Origin: a virus
Taxonomy: Duplodnaviria > Caudoviricetes
Strand: one strand, 5' to 3'
Length of the DNA: 64,000 nucleotides
Virus record (IMG/VR): IMGVR_UViG_3300025751_000013
Coordinates: 1-64,000 of that record
A program made the position numbers and the translations under genes. Below are positions 1 to 10,171 of the stretch, in pieces. The notes beneath the pieces were generated by a model, which was not told the DNA's origin, searched no databases, and saw nothing but the letters and a program-made list of their open reading frames with translations. The stretch's first letter is position 1, and each line of letters begins with the position of its first letter.

Positions 1-2355
1 ATCTTTAGGTGCTTCGCCTATTACTGCACCTGTTGTTGCATCGATAATTTGTCCGTCACTTTCTACTGTTTCGTAAGATGCTAAAGCTTCGAGGAATTCG
101 TCGTCGTTTGCTGGAGGCAAATAACCTGATGACTGTTTCTTAGACACTATATCACGTTTCCATTCTGTAATTGAAGTGGAAGATCTACTAATAGTTTTTG
201 TTGTTGGTAAAGGCTTTTCAGACAACCCTACGGTACCGGCTGGCCTGTTATTAAATGTTTCGCTATAATAAGAAACTGGATTAGACAAGTTTGTCTCAAT
301 AGTATTCTGTCTATCGGGTGAATAAAATTCGTCTTTAAATTTATCAGATCGTTTTTTTAAATTGTTAATATTCTCTATTTCCCTAGGATCATTTAGGTCA
401 ATTCCTTTTGTTGCAACATAAGTGTTTCTCATACTTGTAAGATCATATACACTAGATGCTTCTTTATAATAACTAGCAGTAATTTTAGCACCTATCGTAG
501 GGTCATATACAAGGTCAGGCGTTGATACTAAATCTACGCCGATTTTGTCTGACATTTTTCTATAATTATCTTCTCCGGCTAACCCAATAAATCCTCTAGG
601 TTTAAATGCAGAGCCGCCAGCGTATGCATAAATTTCATCAAAGAATAAATCAGGATCTCCTTTTATAGCATCTAAAGTTGAATCAGTAATATTTTCTGCT
701 AATGGTCCGTATTCGTATCTTATTTGTTCATTTGAGAAACCTGCAACACTTTTAGTTGCGTTAGGGTTCAATGCACTTTGCTGTTCTACCATTGCTATAA
801 TATTAGATTTTACAGTATTATCTGTAATTCCTATATTTTCTAATTCTGAATTTATACTATTTGCCGAGCTCAATGCTTGCCCTGTTGTTGTTACTGCAGG
901 AAGTTGAGTTGTAGAGTCTATTACACCTCGGCCTCTTTCTTCAAAGCTAGGGTATCCTTTGTATATACTAGTAAAATCGTCTTCAACTTTATCTGCTTTG
1001 CCTATCGATTCGTTCTTTGACATATGGTTTGAATCAATTGTTCCGTTGTTTACTCTAAGATCTCTAACCATTCTTCCTAATCTAAAATCGTAGCGAGTGT
1101 AATGAGGTTCCATAGTCTTATATTCGTAAACATTACTATTAGCAGATGGTAACTCGAGCGATTTATTTGGATGAGCAGTTGTGCTGCGCCCTGCTGTCAT
1201 AATATTATTATTACCAGTAGCAAAATCTGTAGTACGTTTTAGACTAGCGCCACTTTCAGGATCAGCAACACTTGTTCCATCTGTGTTTATAACTGATTTA
1301 GTAATTTTTCCTGTGCCGCCGGTTCTAATATCTTTAAGAGCTTGTGTAAAATTAGAGCCTTTGTGTCCTACACCATTTATTCCGTCACCGTCGTAGAAAC
1401 CCTGTCCTTTGGAAAGATTAGTATTCGGGATAGGAACTCCTTTATACTCTCCTATTGCTCCTTTTGATACATCAAACGGCACTGGTACACTTGCAAACTC
1501 CATAGCTAATTGTAGTTGAAAATCTTGATCTGATAATTTTCCAGCCTTCCATTTTTTTAGTTTTCGAAATCCTTCTAGTCTTATAATTATAAGAGCATCT
1601 TGCACTTCAGGAGTAAATCTAATAATATCTTTTTTATCGTTTAGTCCTGCATTCTTAATACAGTAATCTAGTGTTACTTTGATAAATTGATATCTGCCAA
1701 CTGCTGACGATTTACCTGGTTTACCTTCTCTACTGACTAATTCATTTTGTTTTTCTTTCACATCATCTAAGGTCATACTGCATAGTCGATTATCAGTTTC
1801 TCCCATCCAATGTGCATTATAACCTAGAGGACCTGATTCGTATTTTGCAATTAAATCAAGTAACTTTTTATCTTGCTCAGTAATAGTAATGTACTCTTTG
1901 CCGTCTTCGTCTGCACTTTCAGATATGTCTGAAATTTTGTCTCTATTATTATATGTTTCCCCACTAGTAGATTGACTAGAAATCACACTTGTGCCATTGT
2001 TTAAGTTTATCTTTTTTGCGTTAAAGTCACCTATAATAGTTGCTTCGGGATATTGGTTCTTTATCTCTAGTGCCTTTTCTGTTGTAAGTTTAAGAGAGGC
2101 TCCTGCTTCCATAAAATCAGTAGCAGAAACAAGAGGTATAATTGTTGCTCCTTCTGCACTAGCTGCACTTTCAATTGCACTCTTATAAGAAGGTAACCCA
2201 TTTTCAGGATCATCATTGGGCGGAACCACAACTATAGTTTCGTATCCTTTTAACTTTAAATCTTTAATAATTTTAGTAAGATTTTCGCCTGTGGTTGCAG
2301 CAGGTAAATTTTGATCATTATTGCCAATAGATATTATTGCAGTTTTTTTACTCAT
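1..2355 (-). CDS. Tail/baseplate-associated murein hydrolase, truncated by the window edge: SGNH-like N-terminal segment, lambda-lysozyme/GH104-like domain, degenerate GH19-like domain
   Basis: Absent from the ORF track because it runs off the window. ATG at 2355 overlaps the upstream TGA (ATGA). Manual translation gives LLDLIAKYES..YNA..SSAVGRYQFI..FTPEVQDAL..EFASVP (GH104-like) and PRGFIGLAGEDNY..GVDLVSTPDL (GH19-like). Confidence 0.8.
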   Translation of the reverse strand, partial: MSKKTAIISIGNNDQNLPAATTGENLTKIIKDLKLKGYETIVVVPPNDDPENGLPSYKSAIESAASAEGATIIPLVSATDFMEAGASLKLTTEKALEIKNQYPEATIIGDFNAKKINLNNGTSVISSQSTSGETYNNRDKISDISESADEDGKEYITITEQDKKLLDLIAKYESGPLGYNAHWMGETDNRLCSMTLDDVKEKQNELVSREGKPGKSSAVGRYQFIKVTLDYCIKNAGLNDKKDIIRFTPEVQDALIIIRLEGFRKLKKWKAGKLSDQDFQLQLAMEFASVPVPFDVSKGAIGEYKGVPIPNTNLSKGQGFYDGDGINGVGHKGSNFTQALKDIRTGGTGKITKSVINTDGTSVADPESGASLKRTTDFATGNNNIMTAGRSTTAHPNKSLELPSANSNVYEYKTMEPHYTRYDFRLGRMVRDLRVNNGTIDSNHMSKNESIGKADKVEDDFTSIYKGYPSFEERGRGVIDSTTQLPAVTTTGQALSSANSINSELENIGITDNTVKSNIIAMVEQQSALNPNATKSVAGFSNEQIRYEYGPLAENITDSTLDAIKGDPDLFFDEIYAYAGGSAFKPRGFIGLAGEDNYRKMSDKIGVDLVSTPDLVYDPTIGAKITASYYKEASSVYDLTSMRNTYVATKGIDLNDPREIENINNLKKRSDKFKDEFYSPDRQNTIETNLSNPVSYYSETFNNRPAGTVGLSEKPLPTTKTISRSSTSITEWKRDIVSKKQSSGYLPPANDDEFLEALASYETVESDGQIIDATTGAVIGEAPKD

Positions 2356-5300
2356 GGCTCGTCTGGCCTTCTCAATATAGTTCTACCACTTACGTCATTA
2401 CCATCAGTTCGATTTTCTCGATAAAGGTTACCATAATAGTGTCCCGATGATCCTTCGCCTTCAGTAGTTTGATTAGCTCGTCTAATTAATTTTAAATTTT
2501 GTTTAAACTCGCCGCCACTAAAACTATTTGACACCCCAAGTATTTGAAATAGTCCACTAAACGGTCTTACAAGCTCAGGCATATTCATTACAAAATTTCC
2601 CATTTCTTTAGGATAATCAATCGGTGTTTTAAAATTGATAATACATAGTACTTCGTTATTTAAATATTCAACAGTGCCATCCTTAGACACATTTGGTGAT
2701 AAAAATCCTGACTTATAATTTCCTTGATCTGTAGGTAGATAGAACGGATCTCCCCAAATTTCCATTGTAGCAGATATCATTTCTATTTCACTGTTAATAA
2801 TTCTATTATGAAAAGTTTCAGCAATACGTCTAGCAGTAGTTTTTGAATAACTGCCATTTAAAAATTGATGATCATTCCTTGCTATTAGAGATATAGCTCT
2901 TGAGTCATAATCATCGTTATTTTCGGTTCCTGAATCATTTTCCGCTATCCGAGGATTGCTAACTATACCAGGTGCTATTGCTAATTTATTTGTGTTGTCA
3001 TAACCAGATCCTACGTCACTAAGAACATTACTAACAAATGCATTATTAAAATTAATATTAAAATCTATAATATCTTCATTTTTTCCTGTATATATGTAAT
3101 CATATTCTTTTACAGCAGAATCCTTTAACTTTTTTGTATTCATTGGAGATTCACCAGGTGCTAATGTCTTTGCTTCGTCTGGTAAATACGGATGTACACA
3201 ATAAACATACGTCATTCTATGCCTACCAATAGATTTTTCGATATCTGTGTCATATTCAATAAAAACCATAGGCTCAATTATAAACCATTTCTTTTTACCG
3301 TTATTTGTTTTTTGTGGGGCTTTTTGACAATAGTCTGTATCTAACATTACATCTTCAATTATTTGTGTAATTTTTGATTGCTGAGGATACGTAAAAAGGT
3401 TAGAAGTTACGGCAGTTTCTAATTCTGCAGAATTCTGAAACATAATAGACTTTTCTTTTGCGGCGTTAGGATCGTTTGGTCCAACAGACACTGCTGCCGG
3501 TGAAGCATTAGACGAATCATTAGATTTAGTAGGGTCTCCTAAAATTTTTGATCTACCTAGTTCGTTTACATTGTCTTCGTTCAGTCCCCATGCTCTTAAA
3601 GAACTATATATCGGAGGAGCATTAAAAAATTTAACATCCGATTTTACTGTTGCAACTTTTTCTGGTGCATTAGGATTGTTATCTTGTCCGCCTCTTTCTG
3701 TTTGATATTGGGTTTCTGCATCTATCATTAGTGCATTAAGGTTTGTTTTAAAACTGTTATAATTATTATACGCCTGTATTACACTATCTTTCTCTTTAGG
3801 AAATAAAATTAAATATCTATCATATCCTTTTACTTTTTTAGATTCTTCTAGTTTTTCTATATGTTCATTAATATTTCTTGTTATACTTTTATTTGATGTT
3901 TCTAATACTTCTGCAGCAGTTCTTCCTGAAGCATTTACATCAGTTTTTATAGTATTAATAGAATCTTCAAAAGCTATTTCAGAGTATGCTACTGCTTTAA
4001 CACCGTAAACGCTTCCTGATTCTGTAACGTCAAAATCTGTGTTTATTATCATAATAGGGATATATTTGTCAATTACGCCAGGAGCTTTTATTTTTTCGCC
4101 TGTCGGTCCGTATCCTTCAAATGATATTTTTAAACAAAAAGGTATTTTGTTAAAACTTGAATATTGCTTTTCTTCAGCAGTAATTTTTAATGCTTCTAAA
4201 AATTTACCCATACTATAAGGTTCAGTTACTGTAAAATTTATAGTAGTTCCTAAAGATACTCCGGTTTTTGAATTTGGGGCTATTACACTGTCAATTTCCA
4301 AATCATCTATAAAATACTCTGCGTGGCCTTTTAATTGTTCAACCTCAGCAGTAGTAAGTACTCGTCTATCTGTGCCGCCGCCTGATCTAATTATTACACT
4401 TTCAAATCCGTCAGTTTTATATTTTGATGCATTGTTATATTCTTCAGGAGATAAAACTCCTAAAGTAATTCTATAATTATATATACTATGTACTCTTAAC
4501 GGATTTTTAAGTTTATTACCTTGCATAGGTATTCCGAGATTTGCAAGATCGTCAGTTATAGACATAGGGTCATTAAATAACTCTATAAACGAATCTGCAC
4601 CTTCTATAATATCAGTAAGTCCTGTAAAAAATTTATTACTTCTATCAATTTGTAAAAGGTCTGATAATGGCTGTTGTAAATTTCCTGTTAGATTAGATAA
4701 TTGTCCTGCAAAATTTGAAATTTGACCGATTGTATTTGTAAGATTTGTTAGTTTTGCATTTTTTGAGCCAAAAACACCAGCAATATTATTAGCCGATATT
4801 AGTGCATTATTAACATTAGAAAGATTAGATATGCTGCTGCCTGGTTTTAGATTTCCGAGGCTAGAATTAATACGATTTAAATTGCCTACGATAGAACTCG
4901 AACCTCCTAGAAGATTACCTGTTACACTATTAACTTGTTTTGAAAGATCATTGTTTAAGTTTACTCCTAGTATTCTAGCAGTATCAGAAAGTGGATTTTT
5001 TATTGCTCCAATGTTTCCTGCAAAATTTCCAGATAGTCCAGTTATCGAACTTATTTTACCAGCTGTTTCTAAAACACTAAGTCCAGATAACGACGTAGAT
5101 AGTATACTATCAAGAGCAGGTATTTTTCCTGCTATACTTCCAAGCCCACCACCGGTTGCTTGACTTAAAGAATTAAGACTTGCAATTGTACCACGCAATG
5201 CAGGATTAATTGTACTAAGTGAATTAGAAATATTTGCAGCAACTTTATTTCGTTGAGGATCTAATGCTACAGTTGTTGCATCTGCAAAAGTAGTAATCGA

Positions 5301-5441
5301 ATCTGTTAATTCACCAGGGAGTAAACTAGGGTTACTTAACGGTGACGAAGTTATATTTTTTGGTGCAACATTACTATCAACGTTTGCTGACGAACTTCTC
5401 GGCGTTTGTGTTACTGGTTGATAATAAGACTTCGGTGCCAT
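2352..5441 (-). CDS. Baseplate hub protein (gp27/late-control-D-like) with a low-complexity S/N/G/L-rich N-terminus of about 300 aa
   Basis: 1029 aa. C-terminal EIWGDPFYL..SGLFQILGVSNSFSGGEFKQNLKLIR is typical of hub proteins; lies between the wedge gene and the lysozyme gene. Confidence 0.6.
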   Translation of the reverse strand: MAPKSYYQPVTQTPRSSSANVDSNVAPKNITSSPLSNPSLLPGELTDSITTFADATTVALDPQRNKVAANISNSLSTINPALRGTIASLNSLSQATGGGLGSIAGKIPALDSILSTSLSGLSVLETAGKISSITGLSGNFAGNIGAIKNPLSDTARILGVNLNNDLSKQVNSVTGNLLGGSSSIVGNLNRINSSLGNLKPGSSISNLSNVNNALISANNIAGVFGSKNAKLTNLTNTIGQISNFAGQLSNLTGNLQQPLSDLLQIDRSNKFFTGLTDIIEGADSFIELFNDPMSITDDLANLGIPMQGNKLKNPLRVHSIYNYRITLGVLSPEEYNNASKYKTDGFESVIIRSGGGTDRRVLTTAEVEQLKGHAEYFIDDLEIDSVIAPNSKTGVSLGTTINFTVTEPYSMGKFLEALKITAEEKQYSSFNKIPFCLKISFEGYGPTGEKIKAPGVIDKYIPIMIINTDFDVTESGSVYGVKAVAYSEIAFEDSINTIKTDVNASGRTAAEVLETSNKSITRNINEHIEKLEESKKVKGYDRYLILFPKEKDSVIQAYNNYNSFKTNLNALMIDAETQYQTERGGQDNNPNAPEKVATVKSDVKFFNAPPIYSSLRAWGLNEDNVNELGRSKILGDPTKSNDSSNASPAAVSVGPNDPNAAKEKSIMFQNSAELETAVTSNLFTYPQQSKITQIIEDVMLDTDYCQKAPQKTNNGKKKWFIIEPMVFIEYDTDIEKSIGRHRMTYVYCVHPYLPDEAKTLAPGESPMNTKKLKDSAVKEYDYIYTGKNEDIIDFNINFNNAFVSNVLSDVGSGYDNTNKLAIAPGIVSNPRIAENDSGTENNDDYDSRAISLIARNDHQFLNGSYSKTTARRIAETFHNRIINSEIEMISATMEIWGDPFYLPTDQGNYKSGFLSPNVSKDGTVEYLNNEVLCIINFKTPIDYPKEMGNFVMNMPELVRPFSGLFQILGVSNSFSGGEFKQNLKLIRRANQTTEGEGSSGHYYGNLYRENRTDGNDVSGRTILRRPDEP

Positions 5442-5444
5442 ATA

Positions 5445-5726
5445 TTATCCTATGCTCTTTGTTAAATATTGCTCTTGCGGTAGATAAATTTTTGTACCTG
5501 CAATAAAATCAAAAATAGGATCTTTTAATATATCAGTATTTCTCTGAGCAAATACCCACCATAAATCTTTTGATCCATATAATGCCATTGCAAGTAAGTC
5601 AGGTCTATATGTATACGCTGCTGGAATTTCAAACAATATATCGTCAGACGCTCTTGGAACTGGTCTAGGAACAAATAAGTCTAAATATCCTTGATTATTA
5701 ATTGGTGTATTTTCGTATAACTTCAT
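5445..5726 (-). CDS. Baseplate wedge protein, gp53/LysM-like
   Basis: YRPDLLAMALYGSKDLWWVFAQRN motif and operon context. Confidence 0.7.
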   Translation of the reverse strand: MKLYENTPINNQGYLDLFVPRPVPRASDDILFEIPAAYTYRPDLLAMALYGSKDLWWVFAQRNTDILKDPIFDFIAGTKIYLPQEQYLTKSIG

Positions 5727-6409
5727 TAGATAAATCCTTTATCACTAAGTTTACCTTCAGCAAAATCTTTAAGTGTAAATTGCGATACTAACGCTCTTGC
5801 GTATGTTGGTGATGCTGTAACTGTAATAGTCGATGATACAGGAACATAATTATCCTTGCCATCTACTTCGCATTTTATATAATCATTATCACCTAACAAA
5901 TCAGTAGTAAAGTTTGTTATTACAACTGGTACTCTGTCAAATACATGTCTGCCATAACCACTTAATCTAGATATCGGAGGCGGGGCACCTGTATCGCCGT
6001 AAAACATTTTTGTCATTGTTCTTAAAAAATGTACTGCTGCTAACCAATATTTTGCATCTTCTGCATTTTCGCTTATAAATTCACCAGTAATAGTAATTTG
6101 TTGAATTTCACTATTTCTATAGGACTGGAATGGATAGTTAGAATGTGTTGGTGCTATTTGTGTATAATTTGCACTATGTCCTAAAATAATTGTAGGAGTA
6201 AAAGGAAAAATCATATGACTGCCTAATGGTTTTAATATTTCACTATCTTTAAATTGGCTAGGTACTGCAAGTCTAACCCTCCAGTCATTTATAACTTCTC
6301 CATTATTTGTGGATGCTTGTGCAATTGTCTGTTTTTGTGCATTTGATTCGAATCCATTCAGCGCTTTCATCCATGACGGTGAAAGATTATACTCATAAAA
6401 TTTATCCAT
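5726..6409 (-). CDS. Tail tube initiator / baseplate protein (gp48/gp54-like)
   Basis: FPFTPTI..HSNY..ITITGEF..GAPPPI.RLSGYG..VPVVITNF pattern of tube-like baseplate proteins; GGAG RBS; upstream late promoter. Confidence 0.6.
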   Translation of the reverse strand: MDKFYEYNLSPSWMKALNGFESNAQKQTIAQASTNNGEVINDWRVRLAVPSQFKDSEILKPLGSHMIFPFTPTIILGHSANYTQIAPTHSNYPFQSYRNSEIQQITITGEFISENAEDAKYWLAAVHFLRTMTKMFYGDTGAPPPISRLSGYGRHVFDRVPVVITNFTTDLLGDNDYIKCEVDGKDNYVPVSSTITVTASPTYARALVSQFTLKDFAEGKLSDKGFI

Positions 6410-6426
6410 TAGTTATTCTCCTATAG

Positions 6427-6433
6427 TATTTAG
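6427..6433 (-). promoter_or_regulatory. T4-type late promoter (CTAAATA) for the baseplate operon
   Basis: TAAATA core 17 nt upstream of the 6409 start; the same core precedes most structural genes in the window. Confidence 0.6.
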
Positions 6434-6462
6434 TTGACAAATTTAACTACATAGTTTATAAT
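6434..6462 (+). promoter_or_regulatory. Consensus sigma70 promoter for the late sigma factor gene
   Basis: TTGACA (6434-6439), 17 nt spacer, TATAAT (6457-6462). Confidence 0.85.
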
Positions 6463-6487
6463 AGTAATAAAGTTTCTAGGAGAAATT

Positions 6488-7336
6488 ATGCGCAAAAAGA
6501 ATTATCTTAACAATAGAGATCTATTGTTAGAAATACACAAATCTAAAAATACATTTAATAGTTACATTGAACCGATATATTCTGAGTTTGATATAATACT
6601 GACTGATATCGACCGTATTAACATTCGTACAATAGCAGAAGCAAAGCGCAATAAAGCAAAACGCTTATCTACTAAAGATTACGAAACTCGGAAAATGGCA
6701 GGTGAGAAAGTAAAACAAGCAGATTGTGAAGTTGATTATAAATCTATTACAAAAGAAGAATTAGTTTTTCGAGTAATGACATTTGACCACATTCCAGACG
6801 AGCCTGGTCGCAAAAAGAATCCAAAGACTACAGCTGACACAAAAACTAAACTTAACTTTCCTCCGTTTCAACATTATAAATTTGACGATGAAGGTAATTT
6901 ATTTTGCATTGGTAAAAGTCATTGGATAGGCGGTATGGAAAACGGTACTTTTTCAAAAACACACGGCAAAGCAACAAACAAACTTGCTATGATGTGGCTA
7001 AAACTTGTAGATAGATATGCTACAAGAGGTAATGTTCGTGGCTATACTTACAATGACGAAATGAAAGGTCAAGCAATCTTACAACTTTCACAAATTGGAT
7101 TACAGTTTGACGAATCTAAGTCAAACAATCCGTTTGCATATTATACAGCAGCCGTTACTAACTCATTTGTGCGTGTAATTAACTTAGAAAAACGTAATCA
7201 AAACATCCGAGACGACATCTTAGAAATGAATAACTTAAACCCAAGTCATACAAGACAACACGCAGGTGAATGGGAGGCAGCAATAAAACGTAATGAAGAA
7301 GCAAGTGCCACTATTTTTACTAATAAGAAAAGTTGA
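6488..7336 (+). CDS. gp55: Late-transcription sigma factor, T4 gp55-like
   Basis: N-terminal NYLNN..LL.EI; N.RGYTYNDEM and FD..KSNNPFAYYT....NSF.R motifs; directly upstream of gp47 and gp46 as in T4-like phages. Confidence 0.85.
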   Translation: MRKKNYLNNRDLLLEIHKSKNTFNSYIEPIYSEFDIILTDIDRINIRTIAEAKRNKAKRLSTKDYETRKMAGEKVKQADCEVDYKSITKEELVFRVMTFDHIPDEPGRKKNPKTTADTKTKLNFPPFQHYKFDDEGNLFCIGKSHWIGGMENGTFSKTHGKATNKLAMMWLKLVDRYATRGNVRGYTYNDEMKGQAILQLSQIGLQFDESKSNNPFAYYTAAVTNSFVRVINLEKRNQNIRDDILEMNNLNPSHTRQHAGEWEAAIKRNEEASATIFTNKKS

Positions 7337-7365
7337 TTGACATCTCAATACTTTCCTGTTATAAT
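7337..7365 (+). promoter_or_regulatory. Consensus sigma70 promoter with extended -10 for the gp47-gp46-hemC unit
   Basis: TTGACA (7337-7342), 17 nt spacer, TG-n-TATAAT (7360-7365). Confidence 0.85.
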
Positions 7366-7388
7366 TAAAAGAAAAGCGGAGTCTATAG

Positions 7389-8402
7389 TTGTTTAAAAAA
7401 GCGGCAGTATTTACTGACATACATTTTGGCCTAAAAAGTAACAGTAAAATGCATAATCAAGACTGTGAAGATTACATCGATTGGTATATAAAAACTGCAA
7501 AAGAGCATGGTTGTGAAACTGCTCTTTTTTGTGGTGATTGGAATCACAATCGAAACAGCCTAAACTTAACTACTATGGATGCAGGCATCCGCAGTTTAGA
7601 AAAAATCGGTGCAGCGTTTGACAACTTTTACATGTTTGCTGGTAATCACGACTTGTATTACAAAGATAAACGTGATGTAAAGTCTACTGAATTTGCAAAA
7701 CACATACCGGGTGTTACTGTTATTGACGAAATATGGGAGCAAGACGATGTTGCGTTAGTTCCTTGGTTAGTCGGTGACGAGTGGAAGAAAATGTCTAAGA
7801 TTAAAAGCAAATATTTGTTCGGACATTTTGAACTACCCAGTTTCTATATGAATGCTATGGTGCAAATGCCCGATCACGGTGAACTAAAGTCGGAACACTT
7901 TGTAAACCAAGAATATGTGTTTTCAGGACACTTTCATAAAAGACAGAAACAAGGACATATACACTATATAGGAAACGCATTTCCACACAATTATGCAGAT
8001 GCTAGTGACGATGCACGTGGCATGATGATTCTTGACAAAGAAAACAACGCCGAGCCTTTGTACATCGATTGGGAAGATTGTCCAAAATATAGAAATACAA
8101 CACTTAGTAAACTACTCGATCCTAAGAGCAGTCTTATTAAACCTAAAATGCATCTACGTGTTACACTAGATATTCCTATTAGTTTTGAAGAAGCAGGGTT
8201 CTTAAAAGAAACGTATATTAAACAATATAACTGTAGAGAGATTACACTTATTAGCCAACGTCAAACTGAAGAAATTAATACAGATTTAGACATCAGCCAA
8301 TTTGCAAGTGTTGATCAAATTGTGTCAAACGAAATTTCACAACTAGATACTGAAAACTATAGCAAGAAAACGCTATTAGATATTTACAACGGGTTACAAT
8401 GA
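7389..8402 (+). CDS. gp47: Recombination nuclease, Mre11/SbcD-like (T4 gp47)
   Basis: Metallophosphoesterase motifs DIHFG, GDW, GNHD, GHF and SGHFH; TTG start. Confidence 0.92.
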   Translation: MFKKAAVFTDIHFGLKSNSKMHNQDCEDYIDWYIKTAKEHGCETALFCGDWNHNRNSLNLTTMDAGIRSLEKIGAAFDNFYMFAGNHDLYYKDKRDVKSTEFAKHIPGVTVIDEIWEQDDVALVPWLVGDEWKKMSKIKSKYLFGHFELPSFYMNAMVQMPDHGELKSEHFVNQEYVFSGHFHKRQKQGHIHYIGNAFPHNYADASDDARGMMILDKENNAEPLYIDWEDCPKYRNTTLSKLLDPKSSLIKPKMHLRVTLDIPISFEEAGFLKETYIKQYNCREITLISQRQTEEINTDLDISQFASVDQIVSNEISQLDTENYSKKTLLDIYNGLQ

Positions 8403-10171
8403 TAAAGATTAAGGATTTAACAGTAAAAAACTTTATGAGTGTAGGTAATGTAAGTCAAGGTGTTGACTTTGATCAACAAAGCCTTACACTCGTGCTCGGC
8501 GAAAACTTAGATCAAGGAGGTGACGATTCGGGTTCCCGTAACGGTACAGGTAAAACAACAATCATTAATGCATTGTCATACGCTTTATATGGCCAGGCTC
8601 TGACCAACATTAAGAGAAACAACCTTATTAATAAAACTAATTCAAAAGGTATGCTAGTTACACTTAGTTTTGAAAAGAATAATATAAATTATAGAATTGA
8701 ACGTGGACGTTCTCCTAATATTCTTAAGTTTTATGTAGATAATACCGAACAAGTTGAAGAAGACGAGTCACAAGGCGATAGTCGCAAAACACAAGAAAGT
8801 ATACAAGAACTATTGGGCATGAGTCATGATATGTTTAAACATATTTTAGCACTTAATACATATTCTGAACCATTTTTAAGTATGCGAGCTAATGATCAAC
8901 GTGCTATTATCGAACAGTTATTAGGTATTACATTACTAAGTGAAAAAGCCGATTCGTTAAAAGACGAAATTAAGCGTACTAAAGAGGCTATTACAGAAGA
9001 AACATTTAAATTAAACGCAATCGAAAGTGCTAATCAAAAAATACAAACTACAATTGACAGTTTAGGTAAAAATCAACGTGCATGGGTTGCAAAACGCAGT
9101 TCTGACGAAGAAAAACTAGTAACTGCTATCGAAGAATTAGAAAAACTAGACATTGATGCTGAATTAGATGCACACGAAAAATTAGCAAACTGGACAGAAC
9201 ATAATAATTCTATTTTGGCTCTTAGAAAAGAATTAAGCACACTAGAACCTGCACTAATACGTGCTGACAAAAGTGTAACCAAAGCAGAAAAAGATATTGC
9301 AGAACTAGAAGATGCTACTTGTTATACTTGTGGACAAGAACTTCATGCAGACAAAAAAGCAGAGATTGCAGAACGCAAAGGAAAAGAACTAGAAGATGCT
9401 ATTGCTTATCAAACAGAAATTACTGGAAAAGTAAAAGATGTTGCACTTGCTCTTAAAGAAATTGGTGATATTAATGGTCGTCCTACTACATTCTACGAAA
9501 CTGCAAAAGAAGCATACGAACATAGAAACAATGTTAAAAACTTGCAAAATGCATTAGTAAACAAACAAGCAGAAGTTGATCCGTATGAAGTACAAATTAA
9601 CGAACTAACAAGTACTGCACTACAAGATCTTGACTGGAGTATCATAAACAATCTTACAGAGTTTAAAGAGCATCAAGAGTTTCTATTAAAATTATTAACT
9701 AACAAAGATTCGTTTATACGTAAGAAAATTATTGATCAGAATTTAGCATATCTCAACAATAGGCTAACTTATTACTTAGATGTATTAGGATTACCACATC
9801 AAGTACAATTTTTAAACGACTTAAATGTTGAAATTACACAACTAGGACAAGATCTAGACTTTGATAATTTGTCAAGAGGTGAACGCAATAGACTTATACT
9901 CGGACTATCGTTTGCATTCCGTGATGTTTGGGAAAGTTTATACCAAGGAATTAATTTATTGTTCATTGACGAACTTATCGATTCAGGAATGGATAGTGCA
10001 GGTGTTGAAAACTCAATCAGTGTACTTAAAAAAATGACTAGAGAACGCAAGAAAAACATTTTCCTCATATCTCACAAAGATGAACTAGTTGGAAGGGTAA
10101 ACAATGTATTAAAGGTTGTAAAAGAAAACGGATTTACTTCTTATGCAAACGATTTGGAGATTGTAGAATGA
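8399..10171 (+). CDS. gp46: Recombination ATPase, Rad50/SbcC-like (T4 gp46)
   Basis: Walker A NGTGKTT, coiled coil with CYTCGQ zinc hook, LSRGE signature, LFIDE Walker B and ISH. Confidence 0.93.
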   Translation: MIKIKDLTVKNFMSVGNVSQGVDFDQQSLTLVLGENLDQGGDDSGSRNGTGKTTIINALSYALYGQALTNIKRNNLINKTNSKGMLVTLSFEKNNINYRIERGRSPNILKFYVDNTEQVEEDESQGDSRKTQESIQELLGMSHDMFKHILALNTYSEPFLSMRANDQRAIIEQLLGITLLSEKADSLKDEIKRTKEAITEETFKLNAIESANQKIQTTIDSLGKNQRAWVAKRSSDEEKLVTAIEELEKLDIDAELDAHEKLANWTEHNNSILALRKELSTLEPALIRADKSVTKAEKDIAELEDATCYTCGQELHADKKAEIAERKGKELEDAIAYQTEITGKVKDVALALKEIGDINGRPTTFYETAKEAYEHRNNVKNLQNALVNKQAEVDPYEVQINELTSTALQDLDWSIINNLTEFKEHQEFLLKLLTNKDSFIRKKIIDQNLAYLNNRLTYYLDVLGLPHQVQFLNDLNVEITQLGQDLDFDNLSRGERNRLILGLSFAFRDVWESLYQGINLLFIDELIDSGMDSAGVENSISVLKKMTRERKKNIFLISHKDELVGRVNNVLKVVKENGFTSYANDLEIVE

